DNA from: Eledone cirrhosa
Taxonomy: Eukaryota
Direction of reading: 5' to 3'
Length of the DNA stretch: 64,000 bases
NCBI GenBank assembly: GCA_964016885.1
Contig: OZ024742.1
Location: 51,770,001 to 51,834,000, forward strand
A program made the position numbers and the translations under genes. Position 1 is the first letter of the stretch. Each line of letters opens with the position of its first letter. The notes beneath the pieces were generated by a model. That model made no database searches. It was not told the origin of the DNA and saw only the letters and a program-made list of their open reading frames with translations. This document shows positions 38,482 through 51,419 of the stretch, in pieces.

Positions 38482-40917
38482 TTATTTAGGTTTATAATAT
38501 TTAAATGTTTTTCTCAGTTTATGATTACACGATATAATTAATTCCTGTCGCTTATTTAATAGGATATCCTTAGATTTCATTATTTCAAATAGTTCTTGGG
38601 AACATAATCTACATTCATTTCTATTATTTTGATAAGGGGTGGCTCTTTTGAGCACACTCCAGGTCATATCATATTCTATATTCTTATTTCTATAACTATT
38701 AATTTTTTCTTCTAGAGATGTTGTATTAGCCAGTGCGGCATTTTTAAAACTATGTTTGTGGGTATTAAACCTTACCTTAAAATTGTTAGAAGTAGCTCCT
38801 ATATATGAGCAAATAGAATCTTTAGTTTTAACTTTACATTTATAAACTATGTTGTTAACAAGACAATTTCCTTTTAATGGGCAGTTTGCTTTGTTTCTAC
38901 AGTTACAACCTTTCGTTAATTCTGTATTTGAGGAGATATTATGGTTAGTTTGATGTATTGGTGGTATACTTATGGTTTTTTTACATTTATATGCATTATA
39001 GGCACTTATATTTTGTTTTATGTTTTTGGTTGTTGAGTATGAGAATTTAAATGTTGACCTATTTAAGATTTTATGGTATTTGTGGTTTGGCGGGAAGTTT
39101 TTCTCTAGGATATAAAAATTTTTTTTAGCAATATTATCCTTAATTTGTAAATTAAATGGAGCATTATACCAAGTAACTCGTCTATTACGGTTTCTATGTT
39201 GTTTATTATTTTTATAGGTTGTATCGTGATGTTTACTAGGAGGATTAATGTTAATGACATCACCACGCACATTTTTAGTTAGATTTATTGATTTAGGTGT
39301 TTTATCATGTTTATTAGGAGTTTTATTGTTAACATTTATTAGAGTTGTATGATGAGTAGTTTTTTGAGAGTTACTATACTTTATATTAGAGGAGTTGTTG
39401 GTATTTTGGGGTATAGTGTGGGTGGCATTTAGGTGTGTACTTTTCATTTGGTGTTTGTTGGTAATATTAGGTTGTATGTTTATAGTATTTTTAGTAGAAG
39501 GTATATATTCTAATCTATTTTTGTGGCCACTTCTATCTAGAGCTTCGTTATAGAAGGTCGCATTTTTATCAAATACATCTTGGTTAGATGAAAGGTTAGA
39601 AATTCTAAGTGATATATTATATACAAGGTTTTTAAGGATTGATTTAGGGTGATTAGATTGTGAGTGTATGTAGTGTAAGTTTTGGTTGGGTTTATGGTAA
39701 GGTTGGTAGATACCCGTAGCTAAGTCTAAAGTTATATCTAGGAAATTAACTACTTTACTTGTGTTTTCAAAAGTAATATGAAGACTATAATAGTCTTTAA
39801 AGAAAGTTCTAATAAGCTTTTTGTTTTTTTCTATTTCTGAGAGGCTAAGGTTGTTGGAAAGAAGAAGACAGTCATCACGATATAAACCACCTTTAAGGTG
39901 GGGAAAGGAAGCATTTATGTTGAAAAGAAGAAAGAGGCCCACAAGATCAGTAATTTGGGCAGAATCGCTTGCACCCATAGTAATATTAAATAGATTACTA
40001 TATGTGTTTCTGGTCCAATATTCATTCTGAAATTCAATAAGTGTTAGTCTAGCATGTGTAATAATATTAATGTCATCCAAAGTTAAGTTAGATCTATTTT
40101 TAGCAAATATCAAAGCCTTGTTCAGGAGTATAGGTGATATAGAAGAATAGTAATTATCTATATCAAATTGTAGAAATGAAGCAGAAGATTTACATCTAAT
40201 ATTTTTAAACCAGTTAATTACCTGGGAAGTGTTTTCCCAGAGTGGTAAATTAACATGTTTTCTTATTTGTGGGATGACTCTATCCAAAATTTTTTTGCTA
40301 ATTATTCCAATATCAGATTTGGAGGGACATATAAGTCTTATAGAAGGATTTGAGTTAAAGTTTGATTTATGATCCTTCAGGTTAAAGTGTGGTCTTTTCA
40401 ATGCCAAAGGTTCAGTTCTATCTTCAATGTTTAGTTTTTTTACTATGTTGTGTGTTATGTTGTTGATATTGGTGAGTGACGCATTATTAGATTTTTTATA
40501 GTTTTTCCTGAGTTCTTTATATATGAACTCATTATAATCTTCAATATCCATGTGATACAAGTTTCCTGCTTTATCCGAGTGGACATGGATTTTTTTAGAC
40601 TTTTTTAGGTCAAAAAGGGTAGAATCAAGGTCCTTTTGAAAGACAGATTTATACTTTTTAAATTTGAGGTGTTTAATTAAATTAAAAAGGTCTTTCTCAA
40701 AGTCTTCAAGTAGAGAGTTGTGTGGTGGATTCTTGTAAGTATTGAAATCATACATATATTTCCTATCTGCATATTTAGATTTTTTATCGAAGTGGTAGGC
40801 CCTCCATCTAACTCTTCTGATAAATTGGTTAGTTTTCTGTATCATAAGGAGTAAGAAGTCATGCTTAGAAGGTATTGGTATATTCTTTAAAGAGGTTCCC
40901 AAGTATTGTTTTTCCAT
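38482..40917 (-). CDS. PLE polyprotein: reverse transcriptase + C-terminal GIY-YIG endonuclease (Naiad-like), ~811 aa from ATG
   Basis: Motifs SLKNIPIPSK..FIRRVRWRA, DKAGN, LKDHK, FDIDNYY, TMGASD, LYRDD, NFLDI, CNCR....CPL.G.CL, IVY...YIGAT...FKVR. No internal stops. Confidence 0.95.
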   Translation of the reverse strand: MEKQYLGTSLKNIPIPSKHDFLLLMIQKTNQFIRRVRWRAYHFDKKSKYADRKYMYDFNTYKNPPHNSLLEDFEKDLFNLIKHLKFKKYKSVFQKDLDSTLFDLKKSKKIHVHSDKAGNLYHMDIEDYNEFIYKELRKNYKKSNNASLTNINNITHNIVKKLNIEDRTEPLALKRPHFNLKDHKSNFNSNPSIRLICPSKSDIGIISKKILDRVIPQIRKHVNLPLWENTSQVINWFKNIRCKSSASFLQFDIDNYYSSISPILLNKALIFAKNRSNLTLDDINIITHARLTLIEFQNEYWTRNTYSNLFNITMGASDSAQITDLVGLFLLFNINASFPHLKGGLYRDDCLLLSNNLSLSEIEKNKKLIRTFFKDYYSLHITFENTSKVVNFLDITLDLATGIYQPYHKPNQNLHYIHSQSNHPKSILKNLVYNISLRISNLSSNQDVFDKNATFYNEALDRSGHKNRLEYIPSTKNTINIQPNITNKHQMKSTHLNATHTIPQNTNNSSNIKYSNSQKTTHHTTLINVNNKTPNKHDKTPKSINLTKNVRGDVININPPSKHHDTTYKNNKQHRNRNRRVTWYNAPFNLQIKDNIAKKNFYILEKNFPPNHKYHKILNRSTFKFSYSTTKNIKQNISAYNAYKCKKTISIPPIHQTNHNISSNTELTKGCNCRNKANCPLKGNCLVNNIVYKCKVKTKDSICSYIGATSNNFKVRFNTHKHSFKNAALANTTSLEEKINSYRNKNIEYDMTWSVLKRATPYQNNRNECRLCSQELFEIMKSKDILLNKRQELIISCNHKLRKTFKYYKPK

Positions 40918-41272
40918 TGTGATATGGATGATGGACAATAGAAAGAGCTCAACTAAATGTATATGGGGTTATAAAATCATACATATATATGTATATACAT
41001 AAATATAAAATTAACACACACATACAGTACAAAAATACGAATATTTCCGTGAAAATAGGAGCAAATTATGTAGATAAATCTTCCAAGAGTTTACGGTAGT
41101 GTCCAATCCGTATGAAGAACTCAATATAATCCGGATATCATGGAAAGAAGAGATGCATTCAAAAATCACTTGAAATCACGGTGAAAGATAAACGGAATAC
41201 AGAGTCAAGATAAAATATTAAAAAAATAATGAATAAAACAATGAAACAGTTCCTTATATTAAACAAAAAAAG

Positions 41273-41425
41273 TTCATTATTTAACGATCGTTTCTAGGAC
41301 ATATATGTGTTAGAATTGGTATGCATATTCAACAGATCTATGTACAAAATTATACAAAATTATACAAATTATCAAATATAATATACATACCAACACATAC
41401 ATATGGCGTCTTCAGAAATAATGAA
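41273..41425 (-). ncRNA. Long-stem-II hammerhead (family C), 5' pLTR
   Basis: Same structure as 35518-35670. Confidence 0.8.
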
Positions 41426-42286
41426 ATATATTTATTGATAATAACAACAATTCAAAATTACAGGTCTGTTTGGGAACAGAGTTCAAATTGACCAATGAAA
41501 TACACAAAAATATATCAAGAAAATACAGTTAGGTGTGTGTATATATGTAAGTAACTTCGTTCACAGATATGCATAAAAATATATGTTCACATGCATACGC
41601 ATGTCGAAAAAATGTATGTAAATACAAAAGTTCAGGGCTAATGTCTCTGTATGTTTATAATCTACAGATAAAATACACATACGCATATAAACATATATAG
41701 ATTCATATATACACACATATATATACACACATTCACACACACACGCGCATATACACATAGACATACACATAACCACGAACATACACACTCACACACACAC
41801 ACACACACACATATGCATATATTAATATTATAACTATATGGATATTTAGGCACACACATAAACACTGCCACATATATTTTTACATCCAAATGCAGAAGTG
41901 GGTAAGGGGTTCAGTAATTACTAAGGGTGTCAGGGAAACTGCCTATTTATAAAATGTATCTATAAATTTAGAAATAAAAAAGAAATATATTAAAAAAATA
42001 TATATAAACAAGTAAAATATACTCATACATAAAATACATACCGATATACATATACATATATATACACATACACATATATATATATATATTTATATATATA
42101 TATATATACACATACATACATACACATATACATACACACATACATACATAGACACACATATATATATATATACATATATTCACAACTCACATACATATAT
42201 ACACATATATGTACACACACATACACACACACATATATATACACATATATACATACAGACACATATATATACACATATATACACAC

Positions 42287-42378
<92 letters not shown>

Positions 42379-42499
42379 GGTGTTGGATGCTTATAGCGTC
42401 CGTATGCGGTAGGCCGTATGAACACTTGATGCTCTCATACGGCAGAGTATGATATCACAGAAAAAAAGAGAATCAGTGTTGTGACGAATGGATTTATTG

Positions 42500-43260
42500 G
42501 ACATATTACAATCGTTTCTCTGGTAACCAGCTTGAGGCACGATCGATGTGATGATTGAACCTGACTCTTGAAACGTAGATTGACAATATCTTCTTCTTCT
42601 GCGCCCACTGTCGTCCACTGTCAGAAGTCTGTCAGAACCAAACATCTCTAACTGATGCAGCTTGATGCCAAATCGTGACCAGCCAAATTCATGGATGTTA
42701 TCCAACTATCTTGGTCAGGGTATAACTCTGAGTCTCTTGGCGGTTGGTTTTGCCTGTAAAATGTATCCAACGATTCTCTACTGAGACGTTCTAACCACAT
42801 GCTCATAATATCGGAGTTGTGATGTCGCAATTCGGAGAAGTAGCAGCTCTACCAGGAGTGACTCTCTGGTCTCTGAGATATGCACTTTATCGAGTAACGT
42901 TACGCCACAGATCCCTCGGGGGAATCCCATTTCTGCCGCTTTTATTTGCAATTGTATTCTTTTGAATATTACTCAAGATTCATGATCCTCAATAAGAGTT
43001 GTCAGAAATACCAGGAAGACAGCGAGTTTGGCTTTTACACCTACCCTCTTCTTTTGATTGCTGAATGCTGAGGCTGGCGCATTACTGCATCAGCTTTTGC
43101 AATTCTTGCACTTAATTCAGCCTCCTGCCTTCCATCACTCACGAACACGGCTCTAAGATACTTGAACTTCTCTACCTGCTTCAGTAGAACTCCATTCACA
43201 TGGGTATACATTTGATGGACTTCTGTCCACTCGTCCATCAACAACGTGTTGTGGGAATCT
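42500..43260 (-). mobile_element. Degenerate RTE-clade LINE 3' fragment
   Basis: VNGVLLKQVEKFKYL..VFVSDGRQEAELSARIAKA is a typical post-RT motif. Confidence 0.7.
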
Positions 43261-43394
43261 ATGTGTGTGTAAAAGGAAGGAAAGGGATACATTCATATAT
43301 GTCTCTAACTTAAAAACAGTGACACACACACATGTCTCTAATTTAAGAACACCGATAAATACGCGCGTGCACATACACACACTGCCCTATTACC

Positions 43395-44230
43395 ACTAAA
43401 GAGCTTTGGCCCGGTCAAACATCCCCTCAATTTTGGAACCGTCTGGGTTGTCCAGAATTGATGGGAAAAGACTTGACGGTCTTACTCTGTGCTCCTGCTC
43501 AAGAGGCAGGTGCTTTACCTGGGACGTCTCAGTTAGTGACTCTTTTGCTTCTTCCCACATACTGGATGCAGCGGTAAGGGCGAGAGCTACAGCATCCGCA
43601 GCTGAACGTAACAAAGTCCTAATCTACCGTGTTCTGTCAGCTAACTAATTATCCAGCCTGTGGCGTTCGACACGTTTGGGGGAGTCGGGCTAAGGACAGC
43701 GAGGTTCTTATCTCCTCTGGCGGCTCGCCAAACAGAGGTAACTGGTGATGCGCGTGAGGACACTTGTTTGTTCCAGCACCTCAGCTTCGCCATTAACCCA
43801 GGTAACGCTGCGAGCGTGCTGGCTTGCCTCAAAGATTATTAGATAGGTTCCCAGTGTTCCTAGCTACATTGATATCTTTTGCTCTGGTAGCGTCTCGTTT
43901 TACCACTATTTCGCCCGTGGTCTAAGATATGTGTATTACGTGCTTGTGTATTTTTCTTTCTTTTTTCCTTTTCCTTTCCTTTGTATATATTATATTTGTT
44001 AGTGTTTTCGTTCTGTAATCATTATATTACATTTTTATATAAATGAGTTTTAAAAAAAAAGAGTTAAGCTGTGTTGTTAAATAAATAAAAAAGTTGTACT
44101 TTGACCCTCCCATTTCCAATTCACCGAACGCTATTATGACTGCATGTGTGTGTTTGTGTAAATGTATATGTGTGAATGTGTGTTTGTGTGAATGTATGTA
44201 TGTGTTTGTGTGAAAGTATGTGTATTTGTG
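43395..44230 (+). mobile_element. 3' fragment of a CRE-like (restriction-like endonuclease) non-LTR element
   Basis: EPSGLSRIDGKRLDGLT...WDVSVSD...AAERNK..Y matches the REL R(P)D...D motif. The region is partly re-duplicated at 44230-44675. Confidence 0.7.
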
Positions 44231-44954
44231 TGGGACGTCACAGTTAGTGTTTTTGCTTCTTCCCACATCCTGGATACAGCGGTAAGTGTGAGGCTACAGC
44301 ATCCGCAGCTGAATGGAACAAAATCCTAAAATACCGTGTTCTGTTAGCTAACTACATTATCCAGTCTTATGTTATCTTAGATGTGTGCATTACGTGGTTG
44401 TGTATTTTTTCTCTTTCTTTTTTTCGTTTTCCTTTCCTTTATATTTGTTTCTGTTTTCGTTCTGTAAGTATTATATAAAATTTTTATTCAAATGAGTTTT
44501 TAAAAAAAATGAGTTAAACTGTGTTGTTAATAAATAAATAAAGCGTTATACTTGTTTTACCCTCCCGTTTCCAATTCACCGAACGCTATCATGACTGTAT
44601 GTGTGTGTTTGTGTAAATGTATGTGTGAATGTGTGTGTGTGTGAATGTTTTTGTGTGAAAGTATGTGTATTTATCTGAATGTATGTCCGTGGGGTGTATT
44701 TTTATAAGTTTGTGTTTGCGCGATTATAGTTATATACTCATAATAGTTATATATTCATACATATAGATGAATGTATGTGCACAATCATACGCGTCAGCAG
44801 GTAGAAAGTCATAATCACTCTATCTATCTCATCACAAACACTCTCTTTCTCTATATATGGTAGTTGAAGTGGTGGTGGGGTCGACGATATACCAGAAGTG
44901 TAGAAATGTGTAACTATGAAAAGAAGTCAATTTTAAATTATTTATAAATAAGAA

Positions 44955-45090
44955 ATTTGAACCCATTCTGAGTTCAAATCCGCCAAGGTTAACTTTACCT
45001 TTCATCCTTACGGGGTCGATAAAATAAAGTACCAGTAATGAACTGGATGATTGTTGGCCTTGCCTTGTGCCAAAAGTAGAAAGAATTATT
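44955..45090 (+). mobile_element. tRNA-derived SINE, 5'-truncated
   Basis: Matches the reverse complement of 27383-27510. Confidence 0.8.
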
Positions 45091-45859
45091 TATTCAAAGT
45101 AATCGAACTTATTTTACAAACGGGATAAAAAAAGAATTGTTCTGGATGCAGTCCCGCACTCCTTACTTTATTATAGTTTAGATTGTCAGATATCATGATA
45201 GACTTCTGTCACTAGGGGACTACAAGGCCTCCGTTGGGTCGGATCATGAGTCATAGTTAAATGTTCTTGGATAGCATGGTATTGGAATTATGAATAGCAA
45301 TATACTTCGCCTTTTCCATTTCTACAATGAACTTGACTTCCTTATCACCAATAATATGTTTCAATAGCCAAATAGGGTCAAAACCACTTGGATGAATCAC
45401 TGTTAAAAGAATGGCATTTGATTCATTACATGTTAAGAGAAAATATGTCATTAACGTGGCATTCATCATACACACTCCTGCCATAGCACATTTTGGTTAT
45501 CTGACCAGCCTCTTTTGTTGCTTTGTAAGGTTTTTTGAAGCATAAAAGACATAATACAAAATCTCTGAAACATATAAATATTCGATAACGTGATGCTGAA
45601 AGAATGGTTAGGTTGTCCCATTTGCACGACCTGCAGCTTGAACAAGTTGAAATTAAAAAAAACAATATCGAAAATCGTTGAAATCTCTGAAGGTAGTAAC
45701 ATATTCTGCATCACTTGAAGCTCTCGATCTGCCAAGCATATGCATCAAGATTGGTTCAATGGAAATAATTCAGAAATACCCTTATTAATTGTAAAATGCA
45801 CTCCTCTCTTAAAGTATGGAATGCCAACAAAAGAACTTCATAGAAAAATATATACTTTG

Positions 45860-47850
45860 ACTATAAACAAACTGTTCAACGAACCTTGAGGAAAATGAAA
45901 GACAAATGATTGTCATCAAAAGCAGCTGAGCATCGACCTGCTTCTGATAGAAAATATATAAAAGCCTTCTATGAAGTCATAAAAGAGGTTTATGTCTTTC
46001 AACAACGTGAGCCCTCACCGGTATTAGCATCGAATGGTATTTTTAACCGCTGGAAAGAACACTTTGAAACAGTTTTAAATGTTCCATCTGATATGGATTA
46101 TGTTATCGACTCAATTCCTTTAAAACTGATAATTAGCCCTCATCTAAACTGCTATAAAACTGATAATCAAAACTGATAATTAACCCTCATCAAAACGGCT
46201 ATAAAACAAGCGATGTGGGGTAAATTGCCTCGTGATGAGGCAATACCAGCTAAGATGTACACTTATTAAGGTGTACTTGTGCTTTTGGATTTTGTCATTT
46301 TGATTAGGAAAAGTGATTAATTTCATCAGGAATTTAAAGACTCAACTATCTCCCACCTTTTTAAACGAAAGGGGGAAAAGACTACGGTGACAACAGAGTA
46401 TATCACTGCTTTGTGTATTAGGCAAGATTCTTGTTCGAGTTGTTCTCAAAAGATTAATACTTCACTTCATAGATCATATTCATCTGAAATCCTTTGTGAC
46501 TTCAAAGCTTGGAAATGAATCTTAGATAAACTATATTGCTCGCGGTAGGTTAAGAATAGTATGTCGTATTTATTATCTTTGGTATCTTAACAAAGTCAAA
46601 TGATTCTTCAGCAGATCTTCTTCGTGTAAAAATGGAACAATGTAGGTGTGAATACTATGCCTTCAAAGAAGATAATAATTGTTTCTACTTTTTGGCACAA
46701 GACCAGATATCGCTCAGTGCATTATTTTTGTCGACCCCATAAGGATGAAAGGCAAAGTTAACCTCGGCGGGATTCGAACTCAGAATGGCAAGAGCCGTAA
46801 CTCTGTGCGTCAAAGCATAGCGTCCGACCCTCTACCGATACTGCCAATCCACCGCCGATCATAATGGTGTTTTGTTTGAGCTTAGAGCATCCGGTTGGCT
46901 CTTCAATCGCCAAGGTCGTAAGCCCAACATCACACTGGAACAAAAGTGTTTTTAACTTCTTGTTTGCAATAGATGCGGCTCTAGTAGATAATTCTTTCCA
47001 GGAAGCACAATACGTTTTAAGCTCGTTTTGCTTTGCAGCAAAAACGTTTAGTCTAACGAAGTGTGCGAAAAAGGCAGAAGTCGTATACCAGCCAAATCCA
47101 ACATATATCTAAAGACGAAGTATAACAACACTATCTAAGCCCGAATACAATCACGTCAAATTCTTGGTGACAAGTATGTGAAGTCTTTCCCATACTTAGG
47201 AAATAAAATCAGATCTAGTACTTTTTTACTTGATGAAATAGCAAATAGCATGGCCAATGCAAGTGATGCATTTGGAACGGGTATAGAATGATGGAGAATT
47301 GAGTTGGAAAACCAAAATCTAAGTTTACAGTACAGTTGTCGTCACCATAGTTGTGTATATGGTGAGACCATATAGAAAGCATTTTACACAGCTAGATACT
47401 TTACACAAGCGATGTCTTAAAAATATATGTGGTCTCATAAGGAGGGACACATTTTCTAATATACAGTTGTTTTAAACATGGCTTTCAGAATCAATTAAGA
47501 TGGGCTGGTCATGGTGTTCGGATGAAAGATGAATGACTGCTAAAGGTGCTCACTTGTGGCCAACTTCAGTCGAGGGTGCGAAACGTAAGAAGACCTCTAC
47601 TTTGAAACAGGAATAAGCTGAGGAATGTCTTAAAGCATATTAGAATAAAAACATCAGAATATGAGGAATGTGCCGCTGACCGTAGTAGGTGGAGGAAAAT
47701 CTGCCAAAATACCATCAGCAGCCACATCAACACAAGGATTAAGGAAATAGGTGATCTGAGGCTAGATTAAGAATATGAAGTTTCTCTTCAACGTTTTTGT
47801 ATGTGAATGATGCGGTCTGCTTTAGCATCTCATAGAAAACACGAACTCTA
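45860..47850 (+). mobile_element. Highly degenerate RTE (BovB-like) LINE
   Basis: Remnants include RWKEHFETVLN, LFAIDAAL (FADD), FPYLG and QLRWAGH..RM.D..LPK. Confidence 0.7.
46676..46860 (-). mobile_element. tRNA-derived SINE nested in the RTE
   Basis: Close copy of 27383-27572. Confidence 0.85.
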
Positions 47851-48662
47851 AAATATGGCGTAAAACGAAAGTAAATATTTTTGGCTCAGATGCGTCGAAT
47901 GCGATGAGAGAGTCCATCATCTGTATATATATATATATATATATATTGCTAAATGGAAAAGAAAATGCTGAGAAATTGTTCACAGTGAAAAATAGTTTAA
48001 TTAGGAATAAGTGAGAATTAGTAATAGTATTGGTTAGTATTCAGTTTTGGTTTTAAGTTTTACCGGTTGCGCATTTCTAATGCTTTTCAAAAATAATTTT
48101 GAGATAGAGCGTCCGTGATGTTTGCTCTGATCTGATTAGTTTTGGGAATTCTACCTGTTTTTATGTGAAGAAAGTGGCTCCAGCGGTATTAAAATATGTT
48201 TCGCGCCAATTCGTGTTGCAAAAATTCTTGTGGTCAAAACAATTTTGATTGGTCGGTAGAGGTCATGTGAATGTTAAAAATTGATTTTGCGCCAAATGTA
48301 GGTTTGTGTCGGTTGATTGAGAAGTCACTGAAAAATAAGTCTTTCAAAACAAATATGTGTGTGTGTGTGTGTAGTAGTAGTAGTAAAGGGGTTCGTTGTT
48401 GTGATAATGGTCAGCAGGGATGTGTGTGCGACCCGCAGCCTGTTGACAGTTCAAATGACTATTATGACAAGTGTGTGTGTGTGTGTGTGTGTGTGTAGCA
48501 GAGTAATTCGTGGTAGAGGGATGGTCAGTAGGAATGTGTCTGTAAGTGTGTGGGGGATATTTTAAGATGTTAAAAGATATTTTTCAGCTCTTGTCTTATA
48601 AGGAGAAGTGTGTGTGTGTGTGTGTGTATATGTCTCTTTGTATGTTAATGTACGCGTGTGTA

Positions 48663-48694
<32 letters not shown>

Positions 48695-49144
48695 AGAGAA
48701 TGTGTGTGGGGGAGACCAGTATTTATTTCTGGTAAAATGGTGTACATTATTCGATATTTTCAGTAAAAACGATTCTCTCAATAGAACATCAGAAACCTTA
48801 ATAATAAAAGGTGTGAAATGATATATATTATTGGCATAATACTAAGGTGTGTGTGAGTGTCCAGATTGTACGTACTGCAAGGGGAATCCATTAGGCCTTG
48901 CCGTATTGGAATACTTGTGTACAAATATGTATGTGCCCATCAGTGTGCAATGCATGTGTGCGTTTATGTATGTGTGTGTGTCGGCACGTTTATATCTATA
49001 GACATCAAAAGGTATGCAAATTTGTGTATATTTGTGTTGTACCATAGAACATGTGTGTTTACGTATGTCATTGTGTTTATATGTGGATAGAGATGTATGC
49101 TGATGTAGGTATGTATGTTGACGTGTGTATGTTGTGGGTTCGTC

Positions 49145-49402
49145 TTAGGGAGAAGTGTTTAGACGGGGTCCGTATTTGTTAATAAAGTAAGATTCCTTGC
49201 TGATGCGCTGGGTGTGGGTGGCATTATCTTTAAATTTGTAGAGGGGAAAGATTCTGAAGTTGAGATGATTTTGGGCGGCACAGGTATCAATGTGTTCACT
49301 CAGTCGTATTTTCCTGTATTCCCGTATTTTAATTTGGGATCTATAGACAGTCATGCGTTGGCGGAGGCTGTTTTTGGTCTGGCCTATGTATTGTTCTTGA
49401 CA
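49145..49402 (-). pseudogene. PLE GIY-YIG C-terminal fragment
   Basis: YIGQTKNSLRQRMTVYRSQI...SEHIDTC...ESYFINKYGPRLN. Confidence 0.8.
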
Positions 49403-49635
49403 ATATATATATATATGAAATGTAGAGTTAATAACTCATACTGAAACCCTGTAATTAACATGCTCAAAGTATAGATACTGAGCATTATAACAATAATATA
49501 TGTAGTAATAAACACAGTAAATCGTGTGTTTAATATTACGAGGGTTGAAGAACCACATGTATTTGAAGTATTTAACCATGAAGCAGACAGAATGATAAAA
49601 ATAAAATTATACAGACCGCCTCAATAACAATTAGA

Positions 49636-49717
49636 TCTCTCGGACAGATTAGGGATTAATCTGTTTCGCCCTGAGTGTGCTTGTAACAGATAATCCACGA
49701 GCATCATCAGCGAGAGA
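49636..49717 (-). ncRNA. Fully formed type I hammerhead (family H)
   Basis: TCTCTCG-CTGATGA-tGCTC...GGGC-GAA-ACAGATTA atccc TAATCTGT-C-CGAGAGA: 7-bp stem I, 8-bp stem III, GUC site. Confidence 0.92.
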
Positions 49718-50575
49718 ATCTGATTAAATGCGACAAACACCTCATACTAAGGTTCACACAGAAAAAATTAATTCTTCACCTCGTGTGCCGTAAGTCAAAA
49801 GTGGTGTGAGTGGATTGAGCACAAATAACAGTCCAATACACGCACCTTTATAGGCTCACCTAGGGAGGGAGCCGAAATATAAATGAAATGTAGATTTAAT
49901 AACTAATACTGAAACCTTGTAATTAACAAGCTCAAAGTATAAATACTTAGCATTATAACAATAACGGTCTGTATAATTTTATTTTTATCATTCTGTCTGC
50001 TTCATGGTTAAATATTTCAAACAAATGTGGTTCTTCAACCCTCGTAATATTAAACACACGATTTACTGCGTTTATTACTACATATATATATATAAGAGAA
50101 TATTGAAGTTTGCTTGAAGCATTGTGGAATAAGATATATTTTCTTTAGGTCGTTTAGGTAATTAGATAAACAGATAGATTCATACATGTATATATAGATA
50201 CCTTGGCGGACTGGGTCTAAAATAGTGGTTGCCAGGAAGCGACAAAAGGGTCGACACACAACTACAACATTATCTTTTAATGTTTATATCAAATATACAA
50301 TTTAAAAAGAAAACCCTCTCTGTTTCTGTGTATGCAATTGACGGTAAAATTGTAAAGTAAAATACGGATTATAGAATATATTAAACATTTCTTCTCCTAT
50401 CAAAAAGATCTTGTGAAATATATACATCCACAAAATAGTTGTAATCAGCTTTGGTTTTTACACTCAATATATATGTGTGTGTGTGTGAAAAAGAGAGTGT
50501 GTGTATATATATATATATTTATATATATACATGATGATGTTGATGGAAGCTATAGCCAGATACACAACGCTAGGG

Positions 50576-50730
50576 CCTGCTAGGCAAGCGGGGCAACATT
50601 GCCCAGCAATGCCAATGCAAGACATAACCAGACACACAACGCTAGGAGATGCGCGGGGCGCAAGGCGTTGCCCACCGATGCCAATGTAAGCCACAGACAG
50701 ACAAAAAATGCTAGAGCTTACGAGGCGAGC
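50576..50730. repeat. Degenerate ~72-bp GC-rich tandem repeat (~2.3 units)
   Basis: CCAGA(T/C)ACACAACGCTAGG and TTGCCCA..ATGCCAATG each recur. Confidence 0.7.
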
Positions 50731-51140
50731 ACTGCTTCTTTTACAGACTACCTTCTTCTATTTGGCAAGTGAGGCGATTGAACTCTGAACAGCCTCTGCC
50801 TTTTAAAATCAGATTTATATAACCAGCAATTATATGTGTGTGTGAATGAAGTAATTCCGTCGGAAAGGTTCAGGAAAAAAGAGTAGGTTACAGAGCTTAA
50901 TAGTTATGTAATAAACAACATAAGATAATTATTTCGTTTACCAGTGCCTTCTTGAAAGCAAACAAAATTTGCTTTCAGTTATCAGAATGAAAAAATCGTG
51001 GTGTATTTATTGACAGTGGGTTTTAAAAGCAAAAATATAATCTATATGAAAGTGAGGCTGGAAAATGAAGAAGGAAAGGAAAAAGAATAAATATAAAAGT
51101 AGATAAACACACATGCACACACGCACACAAACATATACAT

Positions 51141-51211
<71 letters not shown>

Positions 51212-51230
51212 CACACATATATACACATAG

Positions 51231-51324
<94 letters not shown>

Positions 51325-51359
51325 CCATACATACACATATACACAAACACACACACATG

Positions 51360-51419
<60 letters not shown>

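Larger units (their letters stand above)
35455..42300 (-). mobile_element. Apparently complete Naiad-type Penelope-like element with direct pseudo-LTRs
   Basis: Near-identical direct repeats ~35455-36650 and ~41210-42300 flank an intact ORF. Each repeat carries a hammerhead. Confidence 0.9.

Noticed and set aside
37560-38540. CRISPR-like regularly spaced repeats
   Set aside because: Eukaryotic context, degenerate units with homologous spacers, and no cas genes.
38482-40938. Selenoprotein-type Naiad (in-frame UGA + SECIS)
   Set aside because: The ORF has no in-frame TGA, and I recognised no SECIS.
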